From a virus (Duplodnaviria > Caudoviricetes): a stretch of 64,000 nt of DNA. The translations under genes were made by a program, and so were the position numbers. This document shows positions 8,236 through 18,016 of this stretch, in pieces. Numbering within the stretch: the stretch's first letter is position 1; each line of letters starts with the position of its first letter. A model generated the notes under the pieces. The model worked only from the letters and a program-made list of their open reading frames with translations. It was not told the DNA's origin and searched no databases. The DNA is taken from the IMG/VR virus record IMGVR_UViG_3300031992_002338; one strand, 5' to 3'.

Positions 8236-9251
8236 TGTTTACCTAGTCTAACAAGTAAAATGTTGGCTGGTTCTAACATGTGCATACCATCATGTTTTTC
8301 ATCACTCCAACTACGCTTCTTTTTACCAACCTCATCACCATCAAAGATTTTTATTTTTTTCTCAGAGTCACCGCACACAACGCCAAACGAAATGTCAGTA
8401 TGACCTCCCCAATCTTTTCTGACATACGCAACCACATCACCGTAATGAAGCTTCTGATTCTTGTTGTCAGTGTGTCGTATTGGAGTGCCTACAGGTATTT
8501 CTGGTGCCTCTGCCTTTTTCTTCTCAGATTTTGTCTTAGCGTTAAGGTATTCTCTCAGTGCTCTATCGGCTACAGTTTTATCCATGTGGATAGAGTATTT
8601 CTTATCATCTGGATAATCCTCACCAGATACATAAAAAGACTTATCACTGAATTTAGAAGCATTTTCTTCATATTCAGAATTACAACAGTCGAAACGATAG
8701 TGCTCAGTTAAAATGTTGAAATGCTCATTATCGTTATACCAACGGTTGTTATAAGAAATTTCTTGTACAGTCTCTTCATGAACAACATCATGCTCCTTGT
8801 CTACGACATAGAGTTTGTCACCCTCCTTGAGAGCACCAAGGTACTTACCGTTATTTATCTTATTCAGCCTTTTAACAGCCTCTTCCATGCTAGTACAAAT
8901 CAGTCCACTTACTGATTTATTATACATACATGAAGCTCTTTTCATGTTAGGTGGTATATTTCTACCATAGAACGTGTCATAGTCTGGTTTAAAATCACGA
9001 TTGTTCTTAATATCGCAATAATAGAATACCATTACACCATGATAATCTTTGTAGATGTATTTTACATTACAACGATTGATGGTCTTATTGGCAAGGTCTA
9101 TCTCAAATATGACATCACCACAATTAACGACATCATATTTGTCTAGCTCACCTCTACTAGCACGTCTGCATTCACATTCGCCATGCTCCGTACCATCTTC
9201 TCTACGTCTCAGACGGACTCCGATTAACTCGCCAAATTTCTTACTTGCCAT
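8232..9251 (-). CDS. hypothetical protein
   Basis: 339-aa ORF. Confidence 0.75.
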   Translation of the reverse strand: MASKKFGELIGVRLRRREDGTEHGECECRRASRGELDKYDVVNCGDVIFEIDLANKTINRCNVKYIYKDYHGVMVFYYCDIKNNRDFKPDYDTFYGRNIPPNMKRASCMYNKSVSGLICTSMEEAVKRLNKINNGKYLGALKEGDKLYVVDKEHDVVHEETVQEISYNNRWYNDNEHFNILTEHYRFDCCNSEYEENASKFSDKSFYVSGEDYPDDKKYSIHMDKTVADRALREYLNAKTKSEKKKAEAPEIPVGTPIRHTDNKNQKLHYGDVVAYVRKDWGGHTDISFGVVCGDSEKKIKIFDGDEVGKKKRSWSDEKHDGMHMLEPANILLVRLGKQ

Positions 9252-9254
9252 AGT

Positions 9255-10262
9255 CTAAGAAATACTACCGTTTTTCTCAAGAATAGTACCCTTAAATGGG
9301 TCAATGGTAAAAGGACGCTGCTTGCGCTTGAATTCACTCTTCCAAGAGCGCATGCATACACCTCTTACAGTGTCAATGCCATACTTGTCACCAAGGGTAG
9401 GAACAAACTCCTTACCACTCTTCTGACAAGATTCCATTCTACGCTGTTTAACATCCTCGTTCTCATTATCGAACTGAGTGTTTTTGATGGACTCAGTGAG
9501 ACCGTCAGCCGCATAAATAGGCTTAATCTTTTCAGAGAGATTTACCCAATGGTAGAGAATATCATCCACATCATCATAGGTTTTTCCAGGGGCAATCTGA
9601 GCCAAATCACCACCAGCCTTTACACCGTTACCATCGGTAGGCATGATTGCAATAGCAGCCTCAAGAGCCTTGGAATCCTTATAGACGTTTTCCTTCATCC
9701 ACTTGGCAAGACCATACACCTCATGCTTCCACAGACAACCGATAGGGTTAAAATCACCATCATCACCATGAATAGTCCAGAAGCCAAGGAAATGCTCTGT
9801 GAAATTATCGGTATCAACAACAATACCACCCATCTTTGAGGCAATGTCATACAGCGTAATCATACGCAAACGTGCCTTGATGTTACCTTGAGAGATTCGT
9901 GTGGTTTCTAATCCACTAGCAGCTTCACAGAACTTATTTACTGTGTCAAACGTTGGCTGAAGATTAACCTCCTTGAAAGAATCACAGAACTCATTTCCTG
10001 CCAATACAGCAGAACTTACCTCATCAGCTTCGTTAGTTGAACAAGGCATACTGATACCAATAAGAGGAATGTTAATCTTATCTGATACAACCTTACAAAT
10101 TGCTGCCGTGAGGGTACTGTCAATACCACCAGAAATACCAAGCACCATCGCCTTGATGCCATTATCTGTGAGATACTTACAAGTTCCGTTTACAATATTC
10201 TTATAAGTCTCTGCATAGTCAAGAGGCGTAGCACGCACATACTTTTCAATACCGTCTTTCAT
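9255..10262 (-). CDS. nadE: NH3-dependent NAD+ synthetase
   Basis: LGISGGIDS PP-loop, GNIKARLRM, GFWTIHGD, WKHEVY. Confidence 0.92.
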   Translation of the reverse strand: MKDGIEKYVRATPLDYAETYKNIVNGTCKYLTDNGIKAMVLGISGGIDSTLTAAICKVVSDKINIPLIGISMPCSTNEADEVSSAVLAGNEFCDSFKEVNLQPTFDTVNKFCEAASGLETTRISQGNIKARLRMITLYDIASKMGGIVVDTDNFTEHFLGFWTIHGDDGDFNPIGCLWKHEVYGLAKWMKENVYKDSKALEAAIAIMPTDGNGVKAGGDLAQIAPGKTYDDVDDILYHWVNLSEKIKPIYAADGLTESIKNTQFDNENEDVKQRRMESCQKSGKEFVPTLGDKYGIDTVRGVCMRSWKSEFKRKQRPFTIDPFKGTILEKNGSIS

Positions 10263-10264
10263 AT

Positions 10265-10762
10265 TTATTTGTTTATTATGTCTTCTACTGTTCTAATTCT
10301 TTTATTCTCTAAATTGTAGTTCATTACAGTGTCATTACACTTCTTAATGAAATCATCTATTTCTTTACCATACCCAATACAATATCTGAGGTACAAATCT
10401 GTCTTACCATCATCATGTGCTGATGGCTCAAAATCCACAACAAACTTTAAGTTGAGGTTTTTATCAACCGCAATAAAAGCAATCAACCCACAATATCTTT
10501 TAGCCGCAATCTTAAGCTTGAATTTATCATAAGGTTTTCTAACTTGATACTCATTAGACCCCATAAAATTTTCGAACCTATTATTGAGGCTATTAACCCA
10601 ATTAAGCGTAATTGGGTCATATTTGCAATTTCTAATTAGCTTATCGTAATCACGTGACACTTCTTCTTTGGCTTTATCCTTTTCTTCCTCGTGGTCACTG
10701 TATATTGACACAACACCCCAAAGGATAAAAATGCCAAATCCTATCAATATAAACTGTAACAT
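10265..10762 (-). CDS. hypothetical membrane-anchored protein
   Basis: N-terminal TM helix. Confidence 0.7.
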   Translation of the reverse strand: MLQFILIGFGIFILWGVVSIYSDHEEEKDKAKEEVSRDYDKLIRNCKYDPITLNWVNSLNNRFENFMGSNEYQVRKPYDKFKLKIAAKRYCGLIAFIAVDKNLNLKFVVDFEPSAHDDGKTDLYLRYCIGYGKEIDDFIKKCNDTVMNYNLENKRIRTVEDIINK

Positions 10763-10763
10763 A

Positions 10764-11411
10764 TTAACTCTTAATTATTGTGTCAATTTTGCTTTTAACT
10801 TCCTCAAAGTTAGCGCACTCATAATCAGCACCAACCAAATTCCACTCAAGTAAAGGTGTACCCAATTCATAGTCATACTTAACCATTACGAATACCTTGT
10901 TTTCACCCTTTGTAAGAGCATCTTTCATGTCTTTGGCATAATCTGTTTCCTTAGACGAAAGAGGCTCACCACCCTCACCCTTAGTTCCAAGGGAATTAAG
11001 GTATTTCACGCACGATTTAATCTCATTACTTGTTTCGACAGAGAACTCAAAGGTTTCGTCTGTCTCATTCATGAATTTCTGGAACATCTTTGCCTTACTT
11101 TTCAGAATATGAAACTGAATGTATATCTCGTGAGTTTCCTTGTCTTCTGGTTTTGTATATCTAACAAGAATATCGTCAGTATCCGCATAACGTTTGCTTG
11201 CAATTTCCATTGCCAATGCAAATGCATGTGCTGACACAAACTCCTTAACGTCAAAGATAATTGGCTCTACTGTTATTTCCACGCCATCAAGCTTAGAGAG
11301 TACCTTATTGGCATTCTCCAACGCAACAGCATTTTCAGCATCCAACTGTTCTTTAGATTTACAATTTCTTTTAACCCAATCAATGAGCCATTCATCTGTT
11401 AGATAATCCAT
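10764..11411 (-). CDS. hypothetical protein
   Basis: Start moved to ATG (MDYL) because the ORF-track start overlaps the promoter. Confidence 0.7.
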   Translation of the reverse strand: MDYLTDEWLIDWVKRNCKSKEQLDAENAVALENANKVLSKLDGVEITVEPIIFDVKEFVSAHAFALAMEIASKRYADTDDILVRYTKPEDKETHEIYIQFHILKSKAKMFQKFMNETDETFEFSVETSNEIKSCVKYLNSLGTKGEGGEPLSSKETDYAKDMKDALTKGENKVFVMVKYDYELGTPLLEWNLVGADYECANFEEVKSKIDTIIKS

Positions 11412-11429
11412 ATTGACTTTTATTTTTTG

Positions 11430-11476
11430 CAAAGATACGAAAAAAAATTGGAATAGCCAAATACTATCCCAATTTT
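11430..11476 (-). promoter_or_regulatory. Promoter overlapping the tyrS terminator hairpin
   Basis: TTTG-N20-TATCTTTG; TTTG in the loop of the AAAATTGGAATAG/CTATCCCAATTTT hairpin. Confidence 0.75.
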
Positions 11477-11490
11477 TAACATTATTTAAT

Positions 11491-12780
11491 TTATTTTGCT
11501 GTAACTAGCGTATAATCCTTACGACCCTTGGTCAACAACAAATACTTTCCATTAATCAAACTAGAACTGTCAATAATATCCTTCTCACTAGATACCTTTA
11601 CCTTATTAATTGAAAAACCATTTCCTTTAATAAGCTTTCTAGCCTCAGACTTTGAAGGTACTTTATCATGCATTGCTGCAAGCTCAATAACACTTACGCC
11701 ACTAACAAGGCTTTCTTTTGAAATCTCCACTTGAGCAACACCATGCATGGCTGACAATAACGTTGCATCATCAATACTTGCAAGCTGCTCAGTAGTACCA
11801 TTACCAAACAATATCTCAGATGCCTCTACAGCCTTGTTATAAGCCTCCTCAGAGTGTACAAGGCAAGTCATGTACTTTGCCAACTCCTTCTGTAAATAAC
11901 GCTCTGACGGCTTCTCTCTGTGCTTCGCAATCATCTTCTCAATTTCATCAAGAGGAATCAATGTGAACTTCTTAATGAATGATTCAGCATCAACATCAGT
12001 GGTATTTATCCAATATTGATAAAAATTATAAACTGATGTCTTATTGGGGTCAAGGAATACTGCATTACCCTCGGTCTTACCAAATTTCCTACCATCTGCG
12101 CAAGTAATCAAATCCCAAGTAAGCCCGCAAACATCGTCTTTACCAAGCATTTTATGAACAAGGTCTTGCCCAGTCACCATATTGCCTAAGTTATCCGTTC
12201 CCGCAATCTGAAGTTTACACCCATAATTCTTATACAAATGAACGAAATCATAACCTTGAAGCAAACCATAAGAAAATTCTTGAAATGATATTCCGCTACC
12301 CTCACGCTCAAGACGTTTTCTAACATTCTCTTTTGCCATAAGGTAATTGACCGTAATCTTCTTACCAACGTCACGAATAAAATCAAGGAACTTATAATCC
12401 TTATACCAATCCCAATTGTTTACCATAACGGCTGCATTAGGAGCATCTGATTCAAAATCAATAATCTTCGAAATCTGCTTCTTAACGCATTCAACATTAT
12501 GGAACACTGCGTCCATTGAAATGGTATTTCGCTCTTCGCTTTTTCCACTTGGGTCTCCAATAGCACAAGTTGCGCCACCAACGAGGATGATTGGTTTATG
12601 ACCATACTTTTGCATAATCTTAGCAACCATAAGACCAACCATGTGATGAACACCCAATGAATCAGAAGTTGGGTCTAAACCTATATAAAAGGTTGTTGGC
12701 TTACTAAAACACTCTTCAAGATTACCAAAGGTCTGAGAAATCAAACCCCTTTCTGTCAATTCTTTAATTAATGGATTCAT
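11491..12780 (-). CDS. tyrS: Tyrosyl-tRNA synthetase
   Basis: YIGLDPT, IGDPSGKSEER, FSYGLLQGYDF, KFGKT, C-terminal S4 domain; HIGH motif altered to GVHH. Confidence 0.95.
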   Translation of the reverse strand: MNPLIKELTERGLISQTFGNLEECFSKPTTFYIGLDPTSDSLGVHHMVGLMVAKIMQKYGHKPIILVGGATCAIGDPSGKSEERNTISMDAVFHNVECVKKQISKIIDFESDAPNAAVMVNNWDWYKDYKFLDFIRDVGKKITVNYLMAKENVRKRLEREGSGISFQEFSYGLLQGYDFVHLYKNYGCKLQIAGTDNLGNMVTGQDLVHKMLGKDDVCGLTWDLITCADGRKFGKTEGNAVFLDPNKTSVYNFYQYWINTTDVDAESFIKKFTLIPLDEIEKMIAKHREKPSERYLQKELAKYMTCLVHSEEAYNKAVEASEILFGNGTTEQLASIDDATLLSAMHGVAQVEISKESLVSGVSVIELAAMHDKVPSKSEARKLIKGNGFSINKVKVSSEKDIIDSSSLINGKYLLLTKGRKDYTLVTAK

Positions 12781-12842
12781 TTTATATTTCGTTTGTTTTT
12801 AAAAATTTTTCTTTCTGAGTTTCAACGCCAAAATTGATACAA

Positions 12843-13007
12843 TTAAAACGACTCTACATAAACCATTAATCTTTTCTTTCTCATAATGGTTTGAGAGATA
12901 GCATCCATTTGTTCACGTGTAATTCCATATTTCTTTGAGGAACTACTAACCGCTTTCTGTCTATTCCTCTTCCTTTTAGACCTACTTTTTTTGAAAAAAA
13001 AGAACAT
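12843..13007 (-). CDS. 54-aa basic small protein
   Basis: ATG..TAA (MFFFFKKSRSKRKRNRQK...) right after promoter 13033-13064. Confidence 0.45.
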   Translation of the reverse strand: MFFFFKKSRSKRKRNRQKAVSSSSKKYGITREQMDAISQTIMRKKRLMVYVESF

Positions 13008-13032
13008 AGTTTAATCATTTAATTTGTTTATG

Positions 13033-13064
13033 CAAAGATATACAAAAAAACTTGCATAAACAAA
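13033..13064 (-). promoter_or_regulatory. Bacteroidota-type promoter
   Basis: TTTG-N20-TATCTTTG. Confidence 0.75.
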
Positions 13065-13140
13065 TACATTAACATAGTTTAACAAAAAAAAATGAGCACC
13101 AATTTCTATTGATGCCCATTATAGATGGATACGTCAGCCA

Positions 13141-14805
13141 TTACAGCTTGATGTATGTAAGAATCTCTTGGTTGAGAGCCTTTGCGACAAGCTCTTCTGC
13201 TGTCATCTGACGAACTTGACCAGTTCGCTCATCGACCACTCGTGTATCTCCCATCAACATAGTAATGATTGAAGGGTCAAAGCCACTAAGGAAAGTACAT
13301 CCTGGTGTGATACTATCTCCCTCAAAGTGGTTCACACCGTGCCTAGCGACACAGTCCCACCAAATGAACTTCATATTGTCCACAAAGTCACTTGGGAATA
13401 CCTCTTTCAAAGCATTCTTGGAATACTCGTAGTTTGTCTCAGTTTGGTGAATTCTTCCACCACTCCAACTACGATTTAGAGAATTGAACTCCATATCACT
13501 AACTACTAGGACCGTTGTCGGGTACTCTTCCAATGGTATTTCTGGGTGTTGCTTCCTAATCTTGATGATTTCATCGACAGCTGATTGGAAGTTTGTTCCG
13601 CCACATCCAACTCTAGGGAGATTGAGAACTCTATCACAGAATGACTCTCCTACCATATCATATGGTGTTGAGACATTATCAAACATAATGAGCTTGTTGT
13701 GGAATGGCCCGCTATTGAGGTCTGCGAAGAACAATGCAAGTGATGTTGCAATGTCTGAACAATAGACATCTTTCAGTCCTTTAACTGGCTGGTTCATTGA
13801 CCCACTAGTATCAAGACAGCACCACACATTCTCAGAAATCTTGCCATCAGCACGAGCCTTATCGACAAGACCCTTGAACTGTGCGTCAAGTGTGTGCTTA
13901 ACCTCAATTGGAAGATTAGTTTTTTTACCGTATCCATACCTACTACCTCCAACAGCCTCACGAAGCTTACGTGCAAGCTCGAAAACATAACCTGTGAACT
14001 TAGCAACTGGCTGCTGCAAAATCCACTGAGTGTAGTTGCCTTTCAGATTGTGGTTTGAAAGGAACTTACTTGTTACAAGGAGATTCAGAGCACGACCTGG
14101 AATATGATTCCAATTCAGTGCATCATAGTTGCGAGAGCAAATGAGCTTTTGGAAAGTATGCGCATTACCACTACTCTTTGTCTTATTGTAGTCCTTATAG
14201 CTCAGACCCATATGCTTTGCAAAGGACTTTGCAAGGTCATTGGTAATCTGATTCCACTCTGTTGTACACTTGCTATGGCTTTCGATACGAGGCATAAACT
14301 TCTTAACCAAGTCAACATGGGTATCGCAAAGAAGACCTTGTGCGATAATCTCAAACATTGCTTTTTGGTTAATGACATTTAGATTCTCCTTGATGTCATA
14401 GAACATAAGAGTCCACATATCCTTCCAAGAGCCAACAAGAGGCAATATCCAGATATTATTATAAAAAGCCTCTGGATGCTCTTTCGCAATCCAAAGCAAA
14501 CGCTTAAAGGACTCGTCACGAGCACCTTGTCCATTCTGAACCTTATCGGTCTCATTGTTGGCATTAACCTTCACCTTACGTGTAACCATACGAAGGTAGA
14601 ATGGGAATCGCAAAGCAGCCTCTGCGTTTTCTGCCCAAATCTGAGCTTGTTCAGCGAACACCTCATTTATGTCGCGTCCCCTAAAGTTTCCAGCCTTGCC
14701 AAATTGGTCAACAAGTGCTGAATTTGTTGTGACATAGGTTTTTGCGCCATTTTCAGTTTCTGTGAAAGCTGCCTTGTCAAAGGCGATGTCTGTAAATCTG
14801 TTCAT
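13141..14805 (-). CDS. DUF2828-family protein (Ro/TROVE-like helical domain plus vWA)
   Basis: TENGA N-terminus, GQGARD, GSWKD, vWA MIDAS DTSGSM, GGTNF, VVSDMEF. Confidence 0.8.
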   Translation of the reverse strand: MNRFTDIAFDKAAFTETENGAKTYVTTNSALVDQFGKAGNFRGRDINEVFAEQAQIWAENAEAALRFPFYLRMVTRKVKVNANNETDKVQNGQGARDESFKRLLWIAKEHPEAFYNNIWILPLVGSWKDMWTLMFYDIKENLNVINQKAMFEIIAQGLLCDTHVDLVKKFMPRIESHSKCTTEWNQITNDLAKSFAKHMGLSYKDYNKTKSSGNAHTFQKLICSRNYDALNWNHIPGRALNLLVTSKFLSNHNLKGNYTQWILQQPVAKFTGYVFELARKLREAVGGSRYGYGKKTNLPIEVKHTLDAQFKGLVDKARADGKISENVWCCLDTSGSMNQPVKGLKDVYCSDIATSLALFFADLNSGPFHNKLIMFDNVSTPYDMVGESFCDRVLNLPRVGCGGTNFQSAVDEIIKIRKQHPEIPLEEYPTTVLVVSDMEFNSLNRSWSGGRIHQTETNYEYSKNALKEVFPSDFVDNMKFIWWDCVARHGVNHFEGDSITPGCTFLSGFDPSIITMLMGDTRVVDERTGQVRQMTAEELVAKALNQEILTYIKL

Positions 14806-14834
14806 CTTTTTTTTTCTTGTTTTTGTTTATGATG

Positions 14835-14866
14835 CAAAGATATGAAAAAAAATTGGAATATCCAAA
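14835..14866 (-). promoter_or_regulatory. Bacteroidota-type promoter
   Basis: TTTG-N20-TATCTTTG. Confidence 0.78.
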
Positions 14867-14932
14867 TATTTTAACGTTTTTTTATAAAAAAATTGATATT
14901 TATAGTAGATAACGTTATAAAACTTAATTCAT

Positions 14933-15412
14933 ATGAATAAAATTGATAATATTATTACAGAAGCTATAGATAACTTTGTTAATGAGTCTATCATTTCTGA
15001 AGGTACACTTGATGATATTAAAAACTTGCTAAAAGCATATAAAGGAAAATCCAATCTATCACTAGCTGACTTAAGAAAAGAGAGAAAACTCAAGAAGAAA
15101 GCTGAAAAAGCTAAGAAAGGTACTAAGAAGTTGCGTAGAACCAAAGGTGGCGGTAAGGTCTATTATGACTATAATGACTATGAGAGAAAACATAGAAAGT
15201 TAGCAAAAGGTGACACTGATTCAATCACTGACACCGTAGACCAAGAGAATACAGACATTGCTGCTGTAGCAAGAAGTATATTCCCAGACCACACAGAAGA
15301 GGGTGCTCAATCACAGCTTCGTAAGATTTTGAACCATGAGCGTCCAATGACTAAGGACGTTGCTTCAAAAATCGAAAGAATGATTTCAAGAGGTAGGATT
15401 GCCGTTAAATAA
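14933..15412 (+). CDS. Basic protein with leader-like N-terminus and possible C-terminal HTH
   Basis: IDNIITEAIDNFVNESIISE leader; K-rich middle; DIAAVARSIF...SQLRKILNHERPMT resembles an XRE HTH; ATATTTATA upstream at 14896. Confidence 0.6.
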   Translation: MNKIDNIITEAIDNFVNESIISEGTLDDIKNLLKAYKGKSNLSLADLRKERKLKKKAEKAKKGTKKLRRTKGGGKVYYDYNDYERKHRKLAKGDTDSITDTVDQENTDIAAVARSIFPDHTEEGAQSQLRKILNHERPMTKDVASKIERMISRGRIAVK

Positions 15413-15445
15413 AGGGTAGTGTTTTTCACCACCCTTTTTTTATGC

Positions 15446-16399
15446 TTACAACTCTGAAAGTCGATTCTCGTACTCTTCCCTAAGAGTTTTCATTGCTCCT
15501 AGCTCTAGTTGTCTTACTCTTTCTGATGTAAGACCTAGAATCTCAGCAATTTCATTCAATTCATACTCACGATGAAGACCATTGTCCTCATAAAGGCCAA
15601 AACGCATCTTTATAATTTGCTGTTCTCTTGGAGAAAGCACTACTAACAAAGAGGAAATGAGCTTTGAGTTAAATTCGCTTGTCTCAGTTTTTTCATATTC
15701 ATTATACGATGCACTTGCACGGTTATAATTAACAATGTCACCACCGCTATAGTTATCATCGTCATCACTTGCATCAGCATCAATACTTGCGTAATTAAGG
15801 TCGAGCAAATCGTTTTTGTCCTTGATGTCTTTGCCGTACACATCATTCAATATCTCAAGAAGTTCGTCAGTGGTTGGCTCACGCTCATTCTCTTGCATAA
15901 ACTTGTTCTTTGCTTTTGACATTACATGGAACGTCTTATAGAGGTTACTTTTCTGTACCATTTCTGCATCACCATACTTATAGGTGTTAATGGCACGGAT
16001 GATATACCACATTGCATAGCTAGCAAACTTTACACCCTTTGATACATCATACTTATCAATTGCCTCAATGAGGCCAAAATTAATCTCATCAATGTAATCG
16101 GTAAGTGTATCTGTGGTTGAATAGTTTTTTGCTGCTGCAATAATTAATCTCTGATTACTAAGGATGATAAACTCCCTAACCTTTTCGTAGTCACGACATG
16201 CTTTGACATATGATTCCCTATCAAGCGACTTTTCAAGACGCTTCATATTTTCTTTAGCCTCTTTAAGCTTGGTAAACCACTCAATTTCTTCGTCCTTATC
16301 AAAAGGTTTGTAATCTTTAATGTCTTTGTAGTATCTCGTTGTATTTTCTGAACGGTCTACAAGTCCCGTTTCTGCTTTTAGATTTATTACAAATCCCAT
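15446..16399 (-). CDS. RNA polymerase sigma70-family factor (RpoD/RpoS-like)
   Basis: Region 2 SNQRLI...GLIEAIDKYD..KGVKFASYAMWYI; region 3 REPT; region 4 LSPREQQIIKMRFGL, TSERVRQLE. Confidence 0.9.
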   Translation of the reverse strand: MGFVINLKAETGLVDRSENTTRYYKDIKDYKPFDKDEEIEWFTKLKEAKENMKRLEKSLDRESYVKACRDYEKVREFIILSNQRLIIAAAKNYSTTDTLTDYIDEINFGLIEAIDKYDVSKGVKFASYAMWYIIRAINTYKYGDAEMVQKSNLYKTFHVMSKAKNKFMQENEREPTTDELLEILNDVYGKDIKDKNDLLDLNYASIDADASDDDDNYSGGDIVNYNRASASYNEYEKTETSEFNSKLISSLLVVLSPREQQIIKMRFGLYEDNGLHREYELNEIAEILGLTSERVRQLELGAMKTLREEYENRLSEL

Positions 16400-16430
16400 T
16401 AATTGTTTATTTTATTCGTTAAACACTAAA

Positions 16431-16958
16431 TTATGACCTTTTCTTGAGGATAACAACGGTCTTATTACCTTCGTCTTTTGGGGTTGACTCTGGTACTGCA
16501 ACATCATCCATCATAACAATGAACTCCAAGATAGACTTCTTATTGTCCTCTCTTCTATATAGCTCTCTACCTTTCATAGAAAGTGTAACTCGTACCCTAC
16601 TACCATCTTCAATGAATTTCTTAGCATTATTGGCTTTAGTTTCCAAATCATGCTTTGCAATGTTCACACTGAGCTGTATCTCCTTGAGTGGCTTTACTTG
16701 CTGCTTGTTCTTTTTTGCTGCCTTTTTCAACTCATAAAGCATCTTTTCGTAGTTACACACCCTTACAATAGGGACATCTGATTTTCCTTGAATCTCCACA
16801 AGGTCAAGCTCCATATCTTCAGCAATCTTACGTGCCTCAGACATAGCTACAACCTTACTCTCGATACCTTCTCCTACAATTCTGACGTTACCGTCAACTC
16901 TAATTTCGTCATTTACACGAAACTTTGAAGAAAAATCGTTTTTCTTAGCTTTTGTCAT
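16431..16958 (-). CDS. infC: Translation initiation factor IF-3
   Basis: VNDEIR, LDLVEI, YEKMLYE, KEIQLSVNIAKHDLETK, KGRE. Confidence 0.92.
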   Translation of the reverse strand: MTKAKKNDFSSKFRVNDEIRVDGNVRIVGEGIESKVVAMSEARKIAEDMELDLVEIQGKSDVPIVRVCNYEKMLYELKKAAKKNKQQVKPLKEIQLSVNIAKHDLETKANNAKKFIEDGSRVRVTLSMKGRELYRREDNKKSILEFIVMMDDVAVPESTPKDEGNKTVVILKKRS

Positions 16959-17307
16959 CTAACTGTCGTTCTAAATCCTTTATTTTATTTTCTAAATCTT
17001 TTATCTTATCTTTTCTTTCTTTAAGTTGTCTTTCTTCACTTTCAAGAAAAAACTTCTGAAATGTTAGTTCACGTTTCAACCCCTCCAATGTAGGAGGCTC
17101 ATTCATATGCCTTTTAACCTCTTCCTCAACCTTTGCCGCACGTTCAAGAAATCTACGTGCTGATTCTCCGCTAAGTGTAGGAATAGGCTTACCGCTATCA
17201 TTTGCCAATGCTGTTGGCTCATCCTCATCGAATGCAAAGGTACGATTTTTTTCTGACATAGCCAAATTTTTCTTCTTAATTTTTGTTAATTCTTGACTTC
17301 TTCCCAT
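16945..17307 (-). CDS. hypothetical protein
   Basis: IPTLSGESARRF; C-terminal coiled coil. Confidence 0.65.
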   Translation of the reverse strand: MGRSQELTKIKKKNLAMSEKNRTFAFDEDEPTALANDSGKPIPTLSGESARRFLERAAKVEEEVKRHMNEPPTLEGLKRELTFQKFFLESEERQLKERKDKIKDLENKIKDLERQLDDKS

Positions 17308-17657
17308 ATGAGGTCTGAATCTTTAGCCTTATATTCGGTATTTGGCTTTATTCCTTCAAGCACCTTTTGATGCAAAAGTGTCTCAATTAAATAGAGGTTT
17401 TTTGACACATAATGATATGTGTCAAGCATATACTTCTCCACATCATCTGGATATGCTGCACCATCTGCATCCTCCTCAGTACCTTTTATTGCCTTATCCC
17501 TCAATCCTAGAATCATTGCAATGTCATCCAAGATATGAGTTTGCATTGTTAGCATGACTTTCTTATTAATTTTGAGAAAATCATCATCTTTGTCTTCAAT
17601 GTTTAAAAATCTAACCAATTTTAAATGGTCTTCTGTTAAATTTAAATGTAATATCAT
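17286..17657 (-). CDS. hypothetical protein
   Basis: Overlapping operon ORF. Confidence 0.7.
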   Translation of the reverse strand: MILHLNLTEDHLKLVRFLNIEDKDDDFLKINKKVMLTMQTHILDDIAMILGLRDKAIKGTEEDADGAAYPDDVEKYMLDTYHYVSKNLYLIETLLHQKVLEGIKPNTEYKAKDSDLIWEEVKN

Positions 17658-18016
17658 ATTTCTTTTTGTTTATCATAATTATGCTCTCTTAAAAAATTTA
17701 CCCATTCATTAGAAAGGCAATACATTAGGTCTACATCACTGTAACACCAACGAAAACTGAATGGCACATATGTAAAAATACTACCCCATTTTTTGTCAAT
17801 TACGCTAGATGTATCTATATAGTTTAATATCATACTATTTTCGTTAGTAAGATTCATTATTTTGAATAAATCATATGGCATTATATTTTTACTCGTAAAA
17901 ATCATTCTTTTGAAAAATACATACTTACCTTTAAGTCTAAGAAACCACACCAACAATTTATAATTATGCCAATGTCTTTCAATACCTTCTATGTCCGTTC
18001 TTCTTAAATCTTTCAT
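17654..18016 (-). CDS. hypothetical protein
   Basis: Overlapping operon ORF. Confidence 0.6.
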   Translation of the reverse strand: MKDLRRTDIEGIERHWHNYKLLVWFLRLKGKYVFFKRMIFTSKNIMPYDLFKIMNLTNENSMILNYIDTSSVIDKKWGSIFTYVPFSFRWCYSDVDLMYCLSNEWVNFLREHNYDKQKEI

